A DNA stretch of 64,000 nucleotides. Source: an uncultured bacterium. Lineage in GTDB: Bacteria; Actinomycetota; Actinomycetes; S36-B12; CAIKAW01. The position numbers and the translations under genes are program-made. The notes under the pieces were generated by a model. That model worked only from the letters and a program-made list of their open reading frames with translations, was not told the origin of the DNA and ran no database searches. This document shows, piece by piece, positions 37,588 to 46,605 of the stretch; position 1 is the first letter of the stretch, and each line of letters begins with the position of its first letter. Where the stretch lies: the NCBI GenBank assembly GCA_903825575.1, contig CAIKAW010000031.1, positions 131,469 to 195,468 of the forward strand, read 5' to 3'.

Positions 37588-38418
37588 TCAGCAACTGCGC
37601 CGCCACGCACCCAGTGATACCTGTTTTAGGATCGAAGCAAACCCCAAACTTCGAGCTGCCGGACAGAACTGCGTGAGTTTCAGGTTGTACTCGGCATTGA
37701 ATACCGGCTTTCTGGCGCGAATGAAGATCGAAAGCACGCCGCACTCGGCATACTCAAAACACTGCTCATTAACTGCGAAATCGAAACTGGGCTCTAGTGC
37801 GACCGCCTGGTCCAGATCGTTCTTCAAGCCGATAGCCAATCCACGCGCATGGGCCATTGCTGCCAACATGCGGTCGTACTTAAGCTGTTGCGCTGCAGTG
37901 AGCGGGAATCCGGTGCGACTCTGATAGCCATCGACGAGGTCCGCCTCCACGCCGTTGAATCCCTTGGCCTTGCATAGGTCCATCCGCTTACCCATGATTT
38001 GAGCCAATGTTGGCGTGGCCCGGATATCAAGCCAACGCTCCTGCGGCCACCCATCAACCGGCAAACCAATGATATTGCGCGGAAACGAGAAATAGTCCGG
38101 CCGGCCGGTTTCCAGCGAACCGGCACTGAAATAGCACACCACCTTGCGCCTAAGTGCGTGCAACCTAGCGACAGTTGCCTTCGAAGTTTCGAACAGGTCA
38201 ACGTCATACACCGAAGCACGGATTGTGGTGTCGATCGGGCCGTCCAACTGCCATTGCCAACTCACGCCGGGAAGGGGATGCCATCGCACGGGTGCAAGCA
38301 CAGGAGCCCCGGTGGCAGCGCCTACGCCAAGCATCATTGTCGACGCGACAATGATGACCGGGCCCAACCCCAAGGCACGCCTGAGGCTCGCCCCAACTGT
38401 GCGTCTGGACCCGGTCAC
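37588..38418 (-). CDS. Secreted endo-alpha-1,4-polygalactosaminidase-like hydrolase (GH114, Ega3-type)
   Basis: 'WQWQLDGPID', 'VVCYFSAGSLETGRPD', 'ERWLDIR', 'KGFNGVEADLVDGY' and 'GLAIGLKND' are GH114 hallmarks. I prefer the GTG at 38418 (RBS GGTGGA); the track start at 38502 overlaps the upstream gene by 70 nt. Confidence 0.8.
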   Translation of the reverse strand: MTGSRRTVGASLRRALGLGPVIIVASTMMLGVGAATGAPVLAPVRWHPLPGVSWQWQLDGPIDTTIRASVYDVDLFETSKATVARLHALRRKVVCYFSAGSLETGRPDYFSFPRNIIGLPVDGWPQERWLDIRATPTLAQIMGKRMDLCKAKGFNGVEADLVDGYQSRTGFPLTAAQQLKYDRMLAAMAHARGLAIGLKNDLDQAVALEPSFDFAVNEQCFEYAECGVLSIFIRARKPVFNAEYNLKLTQFCPAARSLGFASILKQVSLGAWRRSC

Positions 38419-38432
38419 CAAATATCCACCGG

Positions 38433-41400
38433 CTACTGCACCCGCAATTGCAGGTATTGATAGGCACTGCCTGCACTGTTCCTCGCTCTGATCGCAATCC
38501 ACCGAGACCCGGTGGTTGCGAACTTCCCAGTGATGGTCGCTGATCCGTTGCCATTATCGACAAAGGTTAGACCGCTGGGTAACGAAGAACCCAATGAAAG
38601 CGATGGAGTTGGAATTCCTACTGCCACGACGTTGACAGCAAACGGTTGTGCCACGGCGATAGTGACAGACGATGGACTCGTAAAGGTGGGTGCGATTCGG
38701 ATGTTGACGGTCAGACTCTGGGCCGCCGTGCCGTAGAGGTTTGTTGCCGTGAGGCTAACGACTAAGACACCAGCCGTACCAGCTGGCGGAGTTCCCGTCA
38801 GCAGTCCACGACCACTCCCACGATCGGTGAACGTCAACCAAGTTGGTAGTCCCCCGACTACTGCCAGAGCTGGACTTGGAATGCCGTTCGCTTGCACATA
38901 GAACGACCCTGATCTACCTGCCGTGAAGTTGGCCGTCGTCGAGCTGGTGAACACTGGGACACGTCCGAGTGCGATGGTCAGCGTCTGAGTTGCCGATCCA
39001 GCGATATTGCGTGCCGTGATGGTAACTCGATACGTGCTGTCGAAGGTACCTATTGGCGTACCCGAAATGAGCGCGGTTCCGTTGCCATTGTCGACGAACC
39101 GTAGCCCTCTGGGAAGGGTTCCAGCGATGGTCATTGCAGGTGCCGGATAGCCATTTGTCGTCACCGTGAAACTGCCAGCTGTCCCAAGCAGCAACCCCGC
39201 AATTGACGGACTCGTAATAGCCGGCGCCTCATCCACTGTGATCACATACGCACGGCTAATGGACGCCGGACCCGCTGTCGCCGTGACAGTAATCGGGTAT
39301 TGGCCGCCCGAACCTGACGTTGGAGTGCCGGAAAACGTGGCAGTTCCATTGCCGTTGTCGGTGAAGGCAATCCCCGCAGGCAAGGTCTGGCCTGTGATCT
39401 CGATAGTCGCAGCATTTGTAGCAGCGATAGACAAGGTGCCGGCAGTCCCTACAGTGAATGTTGCAGTAGTCGGGCCCGTGAATGCCAGTGCTGCCGGCGT
39501 GGTGATCACCGCACTACCAGCAAGCCACGTGGAGGTCTCGCCGCCGTAGTTCTCTCCAAAAACCAAACCGTTGACATTCGACCCGGCAGGAACGGTGATC
39601 GGTGCAGGCGTGGCAGTCGGATTCGTGATAGTTACCAGGCCGTCCTGTACATAGCCAGACACACTAGAACCGTTGGGCATCCCGACCGTGTTCCAATTTG
39701 CCTGGTTCTGCAGCATGGCAGCGCTTTGGGTAAGCGTCAGATTCACTACGGGCGTAGTTGGCGCAAAAGCTGACTTGTAGGTCTTGAGAATCGACGACAT
39801 TAACGTCAGACCGAGATAGTCCGGCGCGGTTAGGTTCGAAACGTGCGCATAGAACGGCCGCGGATCGTTGCTGAGAATAAAGTTCAGATCATTGGCCGTG
39901 TCGATAGGCACGATATAGCTGGCGAACCCAGTTGACTGATCCAGCGGGGTCGCAAGGCAGGTGGCCGTGGTCGGGTTCGCGGTGCAGTACCCGCTGCCAT
40001 TAGGTGCCGGCGAGTAGATCCAGTTGTATTCGCTTACCTCCTCGGCGGTTGTCGATACGTTGTAGTAGATAGCCATTGGATGGCGCGGCACGGTCAGTGC
40101 CGTGCCCACTTGGCGTTGAGCTGTGCCACGGGATGCGTCAGCCCCGATAACTGAGATGTTGTTCGCACCCAGGGCTGCAATGAAGTTCGGGTTGTCAACC
40201 GGCTGCTGTGGCAGCAGGAAGAGCCCTGAGTGCTCGCCCGACAGGTACTCGGCCTGATCGAACGGCAGACCGAGGGCCTGACCGGCGGATATGTTGTTGG
40301 TGATTTCGCTAGAGATCGCCGCCTGAGGAACCCAAACCGCATTACTGCCCGTGGGCGTGATCGGAAGGTTGTCGGTGGTTACGCAACTCCAAGGAATAAC
40401 AAGGAACGATTGCTGACAGCCTTGGAAGATGTGTTCGTAACCGTGGTTAAGCCATCGAAACGATTGGGCGTTCGCCTGGAAGGCGTTAGTGAGAGCATCG
40501 GTTCCGTTCCAAGGGTTGCCGCTGGCGTCGTACTGCGAGTAATACCCATTGAACGCGAGAGTCGGCGCGTACCCATTTGCCGCCTGCCAGGCCTGAAGAG
40601 CACTAACGTCGGTCGCTGACATCCGGATATCGGAGCCGGGGACCACAGAAGCCGGGCAGTCTTCCGTGGGCGTGCAGTGATTGACCGTGTCCCAACGAGC
40701 ATCGTATGCAAAGGCGTCATCGAACTGCTGGCTGTAGAAATTGCGGTTGTACCCGAAGTGGACACCGTGGGTGGCCCAGGAGATGATCCCGTGGGCCAAC
40801 AGGCGGAACTGATATTGCGAGTAGCTAAGTGCAACTGTGACTACCAACTGTTCTACCCCGGCATTGGCGTAGACGCCAACAATGCTGCCAACAGACGCTG
40901 TGGTTGGGATCGGCAATGTTACGAGCGGCGTGAATGACGCGCCGGCGGGCAATGCCGGCACGGTTGTGGCCGTAAGAGGCGTGGTTACATACCCGTACGA
41001 GCTAGACGTGAATGGCACTCCTCCGCTCAAATACCCCCAGCCCGAATTGGTGCCCGCGGGGGTCACCGTTGCGCTCATTCCATTAAGGTCACCGGCGTAA
41101 TAATCAAATCCACTGGTTTGGTAGAGACCGAGTCCTACCGTCGGACCAGCAAAGTCGTAGGCGTCGACTTGCCGGACGCTAAACGTCGACTCATACGATT
41201 GAAGGGCCGAGATCTCCGCAGCTGAAAGACCGGCGGGAGCGCTATTCGGCAAGATCACGGCCTGATAAAAGCCTTCGGTCCCGATCGAGAGGTACCCGGC
41301 ACCAATCGTCGCTCGAGTTGGGTCGTTCGTGTTCACGACAGTAAACGGCACTCCCTCGGTGGCCAGTTCCTGCTCAAGAGCGAACGTCGAAACGTCAGTC

Positions 41401-41594
41401 GCCGTGGCGGCCGTCGCACCCAGCGGATTGTCATCCACCACGAGCACGCGAAGGTCCAGGCGCACGCCGGCCGCCAACGCCGGATTGCCGTAGGCAACCA
41501 GACTCGCAACCAAGCCAAGTCCGGCCACACTAGCAATCGCGCGTGACCTGTTGATGGTGCCGATACCGGCCGATGCAATCCTTATCCGCTTCAC
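38433..41594 (-). CDS. Large secreted protein: candidate Agd3/CE4-like polysaccharide deacetylase domain plus four C-terminal Ig-like (He_PIG-type) repeats
   Basis: Signal peptide. A 'QQFDDAF' motif (residues 289-295) and 'NHGYEH' (HxxxH, residues 383-388, HGYEH core at 40431-40445) resemble deacetylase motifs 1 and 2. Residues about 700-1053 are four repeats of about 90 aa. Confidence 0.5.
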   Translation of the reverse strand: MKRIRIASAGIGTINRSRAIASVAGLGLVASLVAYGNPALAAGVRLDLRVLVVDDNPLGATAATATDVSTFALEQELATEGVPFTVVNTNDPTRATIGAGYLSIGTEGFYQAVILPNSAPAGLSAAEISALQSYESTFSVRQVDAYDFAGPTVGLGLYQTSGFDYYAGDLNGMSATVTPAGTNSGWGYLSGGVPFTSSSYGYVTTPLTATTVPALPAGASFTPLVTLPIPTTASVGSIVGVYANAGVEQLVVTVALSYSQYQFRLLAHGIISWATHGVHFGYNRNFYSQQFDDAFAYDARWDTVNHCTPTEDCPASVVPGSDIRMSATDVSALQAWQAANGYAPTLAFNGYYSQYDASGNPWNGTDALTNAFQANAQSFRWLNHGYEHIFQGCQQSFLVIPWSCVTTDNLPITPTGSNAVWVPQAAISSEITNNISAGQALGLPFDQAEYLSGEHSGLFLLPQQPVDNPNFIAALGANNISVIGADASRGTAQRQVGTALTVPRHPMAIYYNVSTTAEEVSEYNWIYSPAPNGSGYCTANPTTATCLATPLDQSTGFASYIVPIDTANDLNFILSNDPRPFYAHVSNLTAPDYLGLTLMSSILKTYKSAFAPTTPVVNLTLTQSAAMLQNQANWNTVGMPNGSSVSGYVQDGLVTITNPTATPAPITVPAGSNVNGLVFGENYGGETSTWLAGSAVITTPAALAFTGPTTATFTVGTAGTLSIAATNAATIEITGQTLPAGIAFTDNGNGTATFSGTPTSGSGGQYPITVTATAGPASISRAYVITVDEAPAITSPSIAGLLLGTAGSFTVTTNGYPAPAMTIAGTLPRGLRFVDNGNGTALISGTPIGTFDSTYRVTITARNIAGSATQTLTIALGRVPVFTSSTTANFTAGRSGSFYVQANGIPSPALAVVGGLPTWLTFTDRGSGRGLLTGTPPAGTAGVLVVSLTATNLYGTAAQSLTVNIRIAPTFTSPSSVTIAVAQPFAVNVVAVGIPTPSLSLGSSLPSGLTFVDNGNGSATITGKFATTGSRWIAIRARNSAGSAYQYLQLRVQ
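38436..39497 (-). repeat. Four tandem repeats of about 90 aa (about 270 bp), Ig-like, inside the CDS
   Basis: The pattern 'F(T/V)DNGNG(T/S)A.(I/F)(S/T)G(T/K)' recurs, flanked by 'AP.(I/F)TS' boundaries. Confidence 0.8.
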
Positions 41595-41676
41595 CGCGAT
41601 CTACCCCCACGAATCCGAACCGTCTCACCGATCGCAGGCGCGTCGATAAGTAGAGCAAACAGTTTGATGTAGCGCA

Positions 41677-42339
41677 TCAGGCACTGACCCGAAGTTGACT
41701 GGTGATCGCCGGCGAAAGGTGGTCCCAAGGGTTTGCGCCGTCGCCGTCGGTCGCATAGCAAGTGGCGCCATGAGCCTGCGCTCGCAGCCGAGTCAACTCC
41801 TGACGTTCCGGGGATACGCCGTACACCAAATGAAGGCGAGACACGCCTACCTGAGCTGGTGGAGCAGTGCTCAATTGCTGCCTCGAGTACACGTCGTCCG
41901 GACCCTCGAAAGTGACACACACATCCACGGCCAACAGCAGGTCAAGGTCAGGCTCAACGCCAGGATTCACCGCAATCGGAATCGCGGGTTCTTTGCGAAG
42001 TTGACGCAGCACCTCAGTGAATGACGCCGTCAATTCGGAGGGCGATTGATCGAAGAAGAATGCGTCAACTCCGTACCACGCACGCCAAGACTCGACATCG
42101 CCCAATATCTGTGAGGTGGCTCGAGTACCGTATGCCAGATCCACATAGCCATACACCGGCATTGCAGGGTGCAATTGTGCTGCTAGTCCGACGTACGCGT
42201 CATCAATCATTTGGCCAGGCCCGTCTGCCACATTAATGACAATCCCACCTACAAAAGATGCGGCCGCCTGCACCTTTGCCCACTCGGAGAGTGCTACCAC
42301 CGGATGAAAATAGGCAGGCACAATTGGCTGCATGGTCAT
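41677..42339 (-). CDS. Spherulation-specific family 4 protein (Sph3-like, GH135)
   Basis: 'VPAYFHP....W........VGGIVINVADGPG' is the typical spherulin-4/Sph3 N-terminus, in a (beta/alpha)8-like protein of 220 aa. An ATGA overlap with the upstream gene is present. Confidence 0.7.
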   Translation of the reverse strand: MTMQPIVPAYFHPVVALSEWAKVQAAASFVGGIVINVADGPGQMIDDAYVGLAAQLHPAMPVYGYVDLAYGTRATSQILGDVESWRAWYGVDAFFFDQSPSELTASFTEVLRQLRKEPAIPIAVNPGVEPDLDLLLAVDVCVTFEGPDDVYSRQQLSTAPPAQVGVSRLHLVYGVSPERQELTRLRAQAHGATCYATDGDGANPWDHLSPAITSQLRVSA

Positions 42340-44081
42340 GCCGTCACCCGCTGCGTAACCAGGTCAGCGACGGTGTCGCGCAAATCGAATACGGTATGCC
42401 ACCCGAGCACTTCGGATGCGCGCGCGACGTCGGCGCATTGCCATTCGACGCCCGCCGACCGCGGCGAAACCGAGGCGGTCTCTTCGATTGGACCTTGGTA
42501 GCCGACAATTGAAGCCATCTTTTGGACCAACTCACGCACCGCTACTGCCTCACCGCGGCCAATGTTGAATGTTCCTTTTAGATCACCTTGATGCAGCGCA
42601 GCCGCGGCAGCAGCCTTTGCCACATCGCGCACATCAACGAAGTCGCGAAACGCACCCAAAGGCCCTAGTCGCACGGGGCCACCCTCGGCGACTACACGCG
42701 CGAATTCGGCCTCGGCTCTGCCGAGCAGGCTTCCTGCGGGCGCCCCAGGACCAACTGCATTGAATACGCGGAGCACCACACCCGAGATCCGTCCGGTCGC
42801 GGCCGCGCGAAGAACCGCCTCGGTGCCTGCCAATTTCGTGAGCCCATAGACGCTTTCAGGACGCGGTATCGCGGATTCGCGAAGCGGTACCCCGGCGAGG
42901 CCGCCGCCGTATTCCGCCGCCGAGCCAATGTGCACCAACCTGATTGGTACCTCGGAGCTCGCGATGGCGTCAATGAGTCGGGCAGTAAATCCCACGTTTG
43001 CATCCGTCAAGGCTGCTAGGTCACCTGATGTGGCTCCGGCACAGTTGATTACGGCGGTCGGGCGAAACTCTTTTAGGTACTGGACCAAGCGCACTTGGCC
43101 TGCCTCGGAGTCAACGAACTCGACGATCGGGATTGCCGCCGGTACCGAACCCATCCTTGAGGAAGCGAAAGTGTGGCCTGCTCCCCGCGTTAGACAAGCA
43201 ACTTCGACAGCATCGAGTTGCGTTAGTTCCTGCACGACATGTCCCCCGATGAAACCCGTTCCGCCTACAACCAACACCCGAGGGTGGTCTGATCGGGCGG
43301 CTAGGTCGGCTTGGGTTATGGACACACGCAAATCGATCTCAGCGGTTGCAGTCCCCTCTTTCACGACGGTCTTTGTCGGTAGCAAGCTGCTCGACATGAG
43401 TTCAAAATCGGCATTGGCCCGGTCGTAATCCTCGGGCCGTCCGATATCTAGCCAGTACCCGTCGAAGAGATGAGCCCTCGGGTTATCTCCTCTAGCAATG
43501 AGATCTAGTACTAGTTCATCAAACCCGAATGGTTTGCCAGCTTCATATGGACGCAACGTCTCACGCGAAAGTCCGTAAACGCCCATGCTCACTCGGTAAG
43601 GCAGTTTCGGCTTTTCGCGGAAGGCTGTGATACGACCTTCACACTCTTCAAGAACGCCGAAGTCAACGTTTACGGATCGGTCAAACGTCGATACGGTCAA
43701 GGGTGCACCTGACGCCATGTGGCCCTGGAGGACACGGCCGAAGTCAAGGTCCGTCAGCACATCGCCATTCATCACCAGGAAGTCCTGCGGCAACCTATCC
43801 AAATGCGGCAGCAGCGGCCCGATTGTTCCGAGCGGGGTTCTCTCCTCTACGTACCTCACAGAGAGCCCCCAGCGAGATCCGTCACCTACGAAACTGCGAA
43901 TCAGATGTCCGAAATGGCCAATCGCAAGTGTGATGCTTGTGAACCCTTGACTAGCCAACTGCAGCATGACTATCTCGAGGATTGAGTACTCCTCGCCAAT
44001 CGGTACTAGCGGCTTTGGAATGGTGGTCGTGTAGGGGCGCAGCCTTACGCCTCGCCCCCCAGCAAGGATTACTGCATGCAT
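42336..44081 (-). CDS. Fusion protein: sugar-1-phosphate nucleotidyltransferase (N) + NAD-dependent epimerase/dehydratase (C)
   Basis: N-terminus 'AVILAGGRGVRLRPYTTTIPKPLVPI' (NTP_transferase). C-terminal half 'VLVVGGTGFIGGHVV' is an extended-SDR Rossmann with 'YGLTK'. Confidence 0.75.
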   Translation of the reverse strand: MHAVILAGGRGVRLRPYTTTIPKPLVPIGEEYSILEIVMLQLASQGFTSITLAIGHFGHLIRSFVGDGSRWGLSVRYVEERTPLGTIGPLLPHLDRLPQDFLVMNGDVLTDLDFGRVLQGHMASGAPLTVSTFDRSVNVDFGVLEECEGRITAFREKPKLPYRVSMGVYGLSRETLRPYEAGKPFGFDELVLDLIARGDNPRAHLFDGYWLDIGRPEDYDRANADFELMSSSLLPTKTVVKEGTATAEIDLRVSITQADLAARSDHPRVLVVGGTGFIGGHVVQELTQLDAVEVACLTRGAGHTFASSRMGSVPAAIPIVEFVDSEAGQVRLVQYLKEFRPTAVINCAGATSGDLAALTDANVGFTARLIDAIASSEVPIRLVHIGSAAEYGGGLAGVPLRESAIPRPESVYGLTKLAGTEAVLRAAATGRISGVVLRVFNAVGPGAPAGSLLGRAEAEFARVVAEGGPVRLGPLGAFRDFVDVRDVAKAAAAAALHQGDLKGTFNIGRGEAVAVRELVQKMASIVGYQGPIEETASVSPRSAGVEWQCADVARASEVLGWHTVFDLRDTVADLVTQRVTA

Positions 44082-44091
44082 TCCAACCCCC

Positions 44092-45087
44092 CTAGATCGT
44101 GTATGAATCGGGTCGATAGCGGGCTAGGTTCACCGGGTCGCAGAACCAGTCAGCTGTTGCCTTTAGTCCGGTCCGCAGATCGTGCAGCGGTTCCCACCCG
44201 GTGACGCGCTGAAGTTTCCGGCTGTCGCACACCAGACGCTGCACCTCTGACGCGGACGGTCGCAGCCGCGCAGGATCCTGCTTGATTTCCGCCTGCACTC
44301 CCATCACGTCTGCAATCGTCATCGCAAGATCCCCAATGCTGATCTCATAGCCGGTACCCGCGTTGAACACCTCGCCGATAACAGCATCTGGGGGGGCTGT
44401 TCCAACTGCGATGAATGCCGCGACCGTGTCCGCCACAAACGTGAGATCGCGGGTGGGATCAAGTGCCCCAAGTTCGATCACGCGGCGACCGCTGGCCAGC
44501 GCGCTCACTACCGTGGGGATAACTGCGCGAGCCGATTGCCGCGGTCCAAAGGTGTTAAACGGTCGTAGAGTGACTACTGGACTTTCAAAACTCAAGTAGT
44601 AGCTCTCAACGAGTTTGTCCGCAGCAACCTTCGTTGCCGCGTAAGGCGACTGTGCTTGGCTTGGGTGATCCTCGCTAATCGGCACGGTGCGAGCTGTCCC
44701 ATAGGTCTCACTTGTCGACGTTTGAACAATTCGAGGCGTACCTAAATCACGAGCCGCTTCCAGCAGATTAAGCGTGCCGGTGATGTTGGTATCGACGTAT
44801 GACTGCGGCGCGACATACGAGTACGGGATGGCGATCAAGGCTGCTAGATGGTAGGCAACTTCGGCCCCGTCGAGCACAGTTCGCACGCTACGCGGGTCTC
44901 GAACATCCCCGAGGATTGGTTCAACGCTGGAAAGGACATCAGGGGAAAGCGAATCAAGCCACCCGTAGGAACCGAACGAGTTGTACTGGACCATCGCCTT
45001 AACGCGGCATCCGCGCTGGACCAACGCCTCAACCAGGTGCGAGCCAATGAAGCCTTCTGCCCCGGTAACGGCAACCGTGTTTGACAC
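44092..45087 (-). CDS. NAD-dependent epimerase/dehydratase (extended SDR; nucleotide-sugar epimerase or 4,6-dehydratase)
   Basis: 'VAVTGAEGFIGSHLVE', 'TSTSETYG' and 'SPYAATKVAADKL' (YxxxK). Confidence 0.85.
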   Translation of the reverse strand: MSNTVAVTGAEGFIGSHLVEALVQRGCRVKAMVQYNSFGSYGWLDSLSPDVLSSVEPILGDVRDPRSVRTVLDGAEVAYHLAALIAIPYSYVAPQSYVDTNITGTLNLLEAARDLGTPRIVQTSTSETYGTARTVPISEDHPSQAQSPYAATKVAADKLVESYYLSFESPVVTLRPFNTFGPRQSARAVIPTVVSALASGRRVIELGALDPTRDLTFVADTVAAFIAVGTAPPDAVIGEVFNAGTGYEISIGDLAMTIADVMGVQAEIKQDPARLRPSASEVQRLVCDSRKLQRVTGWEPLHDLRTGLKATADWFCDPVNLARYRPDSYTI

Positions 45088-45099
45088 TTCGACTCCCGG

Positions 45100-46605
45100 C
45101 TAGATGTGGACGAGTGGACTGCGGAGGCGGGTCAAAGCGAACCCACATAAGACGGCTAGACAAACCAGAAGCGACACCAAGTAGTTCCTTGCCACTGACG
45201 CCGAATCCAGCGCCGTCCAGCCGAGGTAGATCGATAAACCGACAGCTAGGCATGCCACGGGGAATAGAACTTCCCCTACCGACAGCAGCACCAAACAGAC
45301 AAAGAAGCAAAGAGCCAGAACTCCGTAGCCGCTCACCACGGTTACAGTTCTGCCGCCCGAAGCCGGAGAAGTCAGCCCTGATATCACCGCCACAAGCAGG
45401 AGAACCATTCCTGCGTAGCTCATCAACGCGGTAAACATCGCCCGCCGAACGCGCCGTGCGAACTCATCAGCTTGAGTCTCGGTGCGCAACAACAGATCGG
45501 TTTCCTTTCTCAGCCGCTGCAGTTGCCATTCCGCCGCGCCCATGCTCATGACCAAAGGCAAGGCCAAGTACCACGCGGAAGACAGCCGCTGCCCGAGCAC
45601 CGCGGTCCAGGTCAACGGGGCCACTCCGACCGCCGCGGCACAAGCAATCCCATAGGCGAAGTGCGGGGCGCCGGCTCGAACGTCTTCGGCCCGAAGCCAA
45701 TTACCACGCGCCCTCTTCCTTGGTGAAGCCAGGCCTGGCTTCCGGCCCACTACTGCGTGTCGGGCGGTCTCACGGCGGCCCGTCGCGCGCACTGCCAACA
45801 CCAGCACAACCAAAACCGTCAATGCCGTGACGAACGACGCCGTCGCTGTGCCGTACGGCGCAAGGTCCAGAGCAAGTAGCACCACCGCAAGGCCCGCTGG
45901 GAGCAGTACCGCAAGTAGGACAATGTCGTCACCGAGGACCAACAATGCGCCGGCCGCCAATTGGTAAATGCCTACACCCGCACCGACTACGGCCGTCTCG
46001 CCGCTGATGCCGGTCGATAGTGTGATCCAAATAATTAGCGTCCCAAGCACCGCTAAACCGACTAGCAGCCAGGAGCGCAACACGGCGTTGGCTGCCGACG
46101 GACCAAACCAACCTAAATTCCGATGTCCTAGGAATGACATTGCCTGACTCCAGCCCCATCCAAATCCGAGGCAAACCAAGATCACCCAGACCGAATCAGC
46201 GCCAACCGTTCGTAGCGCAGTGATCCCGGCAAGCCCCGGCAACGCGTAGATGACCCCGCGGCGCACACTGCGGGCCGTCGTATCGAAAGATCGCTGAGAT
46301 TTGCTGGGTACAGACGCACCCCGGCGAGGCACTCGCATGAAGAGGGCTTCGGCCAAAGAGAAGACGTCCGCATAGCCGTATTGGTGGCAAGTTCGATCGT
46401 TCATCCCCTCAGCCTCTAGACCAGCAGCTATCTGCCAGGGATCAACAGCGGTAACGCAAAGGTCATTGTGGGCACGCGCAAGCCCAGCCAAAGGTGTAGA
46501 ACCCCGGCGATCATCAGACCGATGCGCTCTAACCTGCGCCCGATGAACAACTGCCGGAGCAGACTTGCGGACGGTTGTTGCCCGGCGATTCATTGCGATA
46601 TTCAT
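45100..46605 (-). CDS. Polytopic membrane protein of unknown function in the PelG position (candidate polysaccharide exporter/polymerase)
   Basis: A roughly 110-aa soluble N-terminus is followed by at least 10 hydrophobic segments, with a charged loop 'EWQLQRLRKETDLLLRTETQADEFARRVRR'. It has a 4-nt overlap with the pelF-like gene. I could not establish homology by eye. Confidence 0.45.
   Translation of the reverse strand: MNIAMNRRATTVRKSAPAVVHRAQVRAHRSDDRRGSTPLAGLARAHNDLCVTAVDPWQIAAGLEAEGMNDRTCHQYGYADVFSLAEALFMRVPRRGASVPSKSQRSFDTTARSVRRGVIYALPGLAGITALRTVGADSVWVILVCLGFGWGWSQAMSFLGHRNLGWFGPSAANAVLRSWLLVGLAVLGTLIIWITLSTGISGETAVVGAGVGIYQLAAGALLVLGDDIVLLAVLLPAGLAVVLLALDLAPYGTATASFVTALTVLVVLVLAVRATGRRETARHAVVGRKPGLASPRKRARGNWLRAEDVRAGAPHFAYGIACAAAVGVAPLTWTAVLGQRLSSAWYLALPLVMSMGAAEWQLQRLRKETDLLLRTETQADEFARRVRRAMFTALMSYAGMVLLLVAVISGLTSPASGGRTVTVVSGYGVLALCFFVCLVLLSVGEVLFPVACLAVGLSIYLGWTALDSASVARNYLVSLLVCLAVLCGFALTRLRSPLVHI

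Noticed and set aside
38419-38502. Apparent 70-nt overlap between the GH114 gene and the 3' end of the 1053-aa gene, which could be a programmed frameshift or a fusion
   Set aside because: An in-frame GTG at 38418, preceded by GGTGGA and followed by a signal peptide, explains the gene without any overlap.
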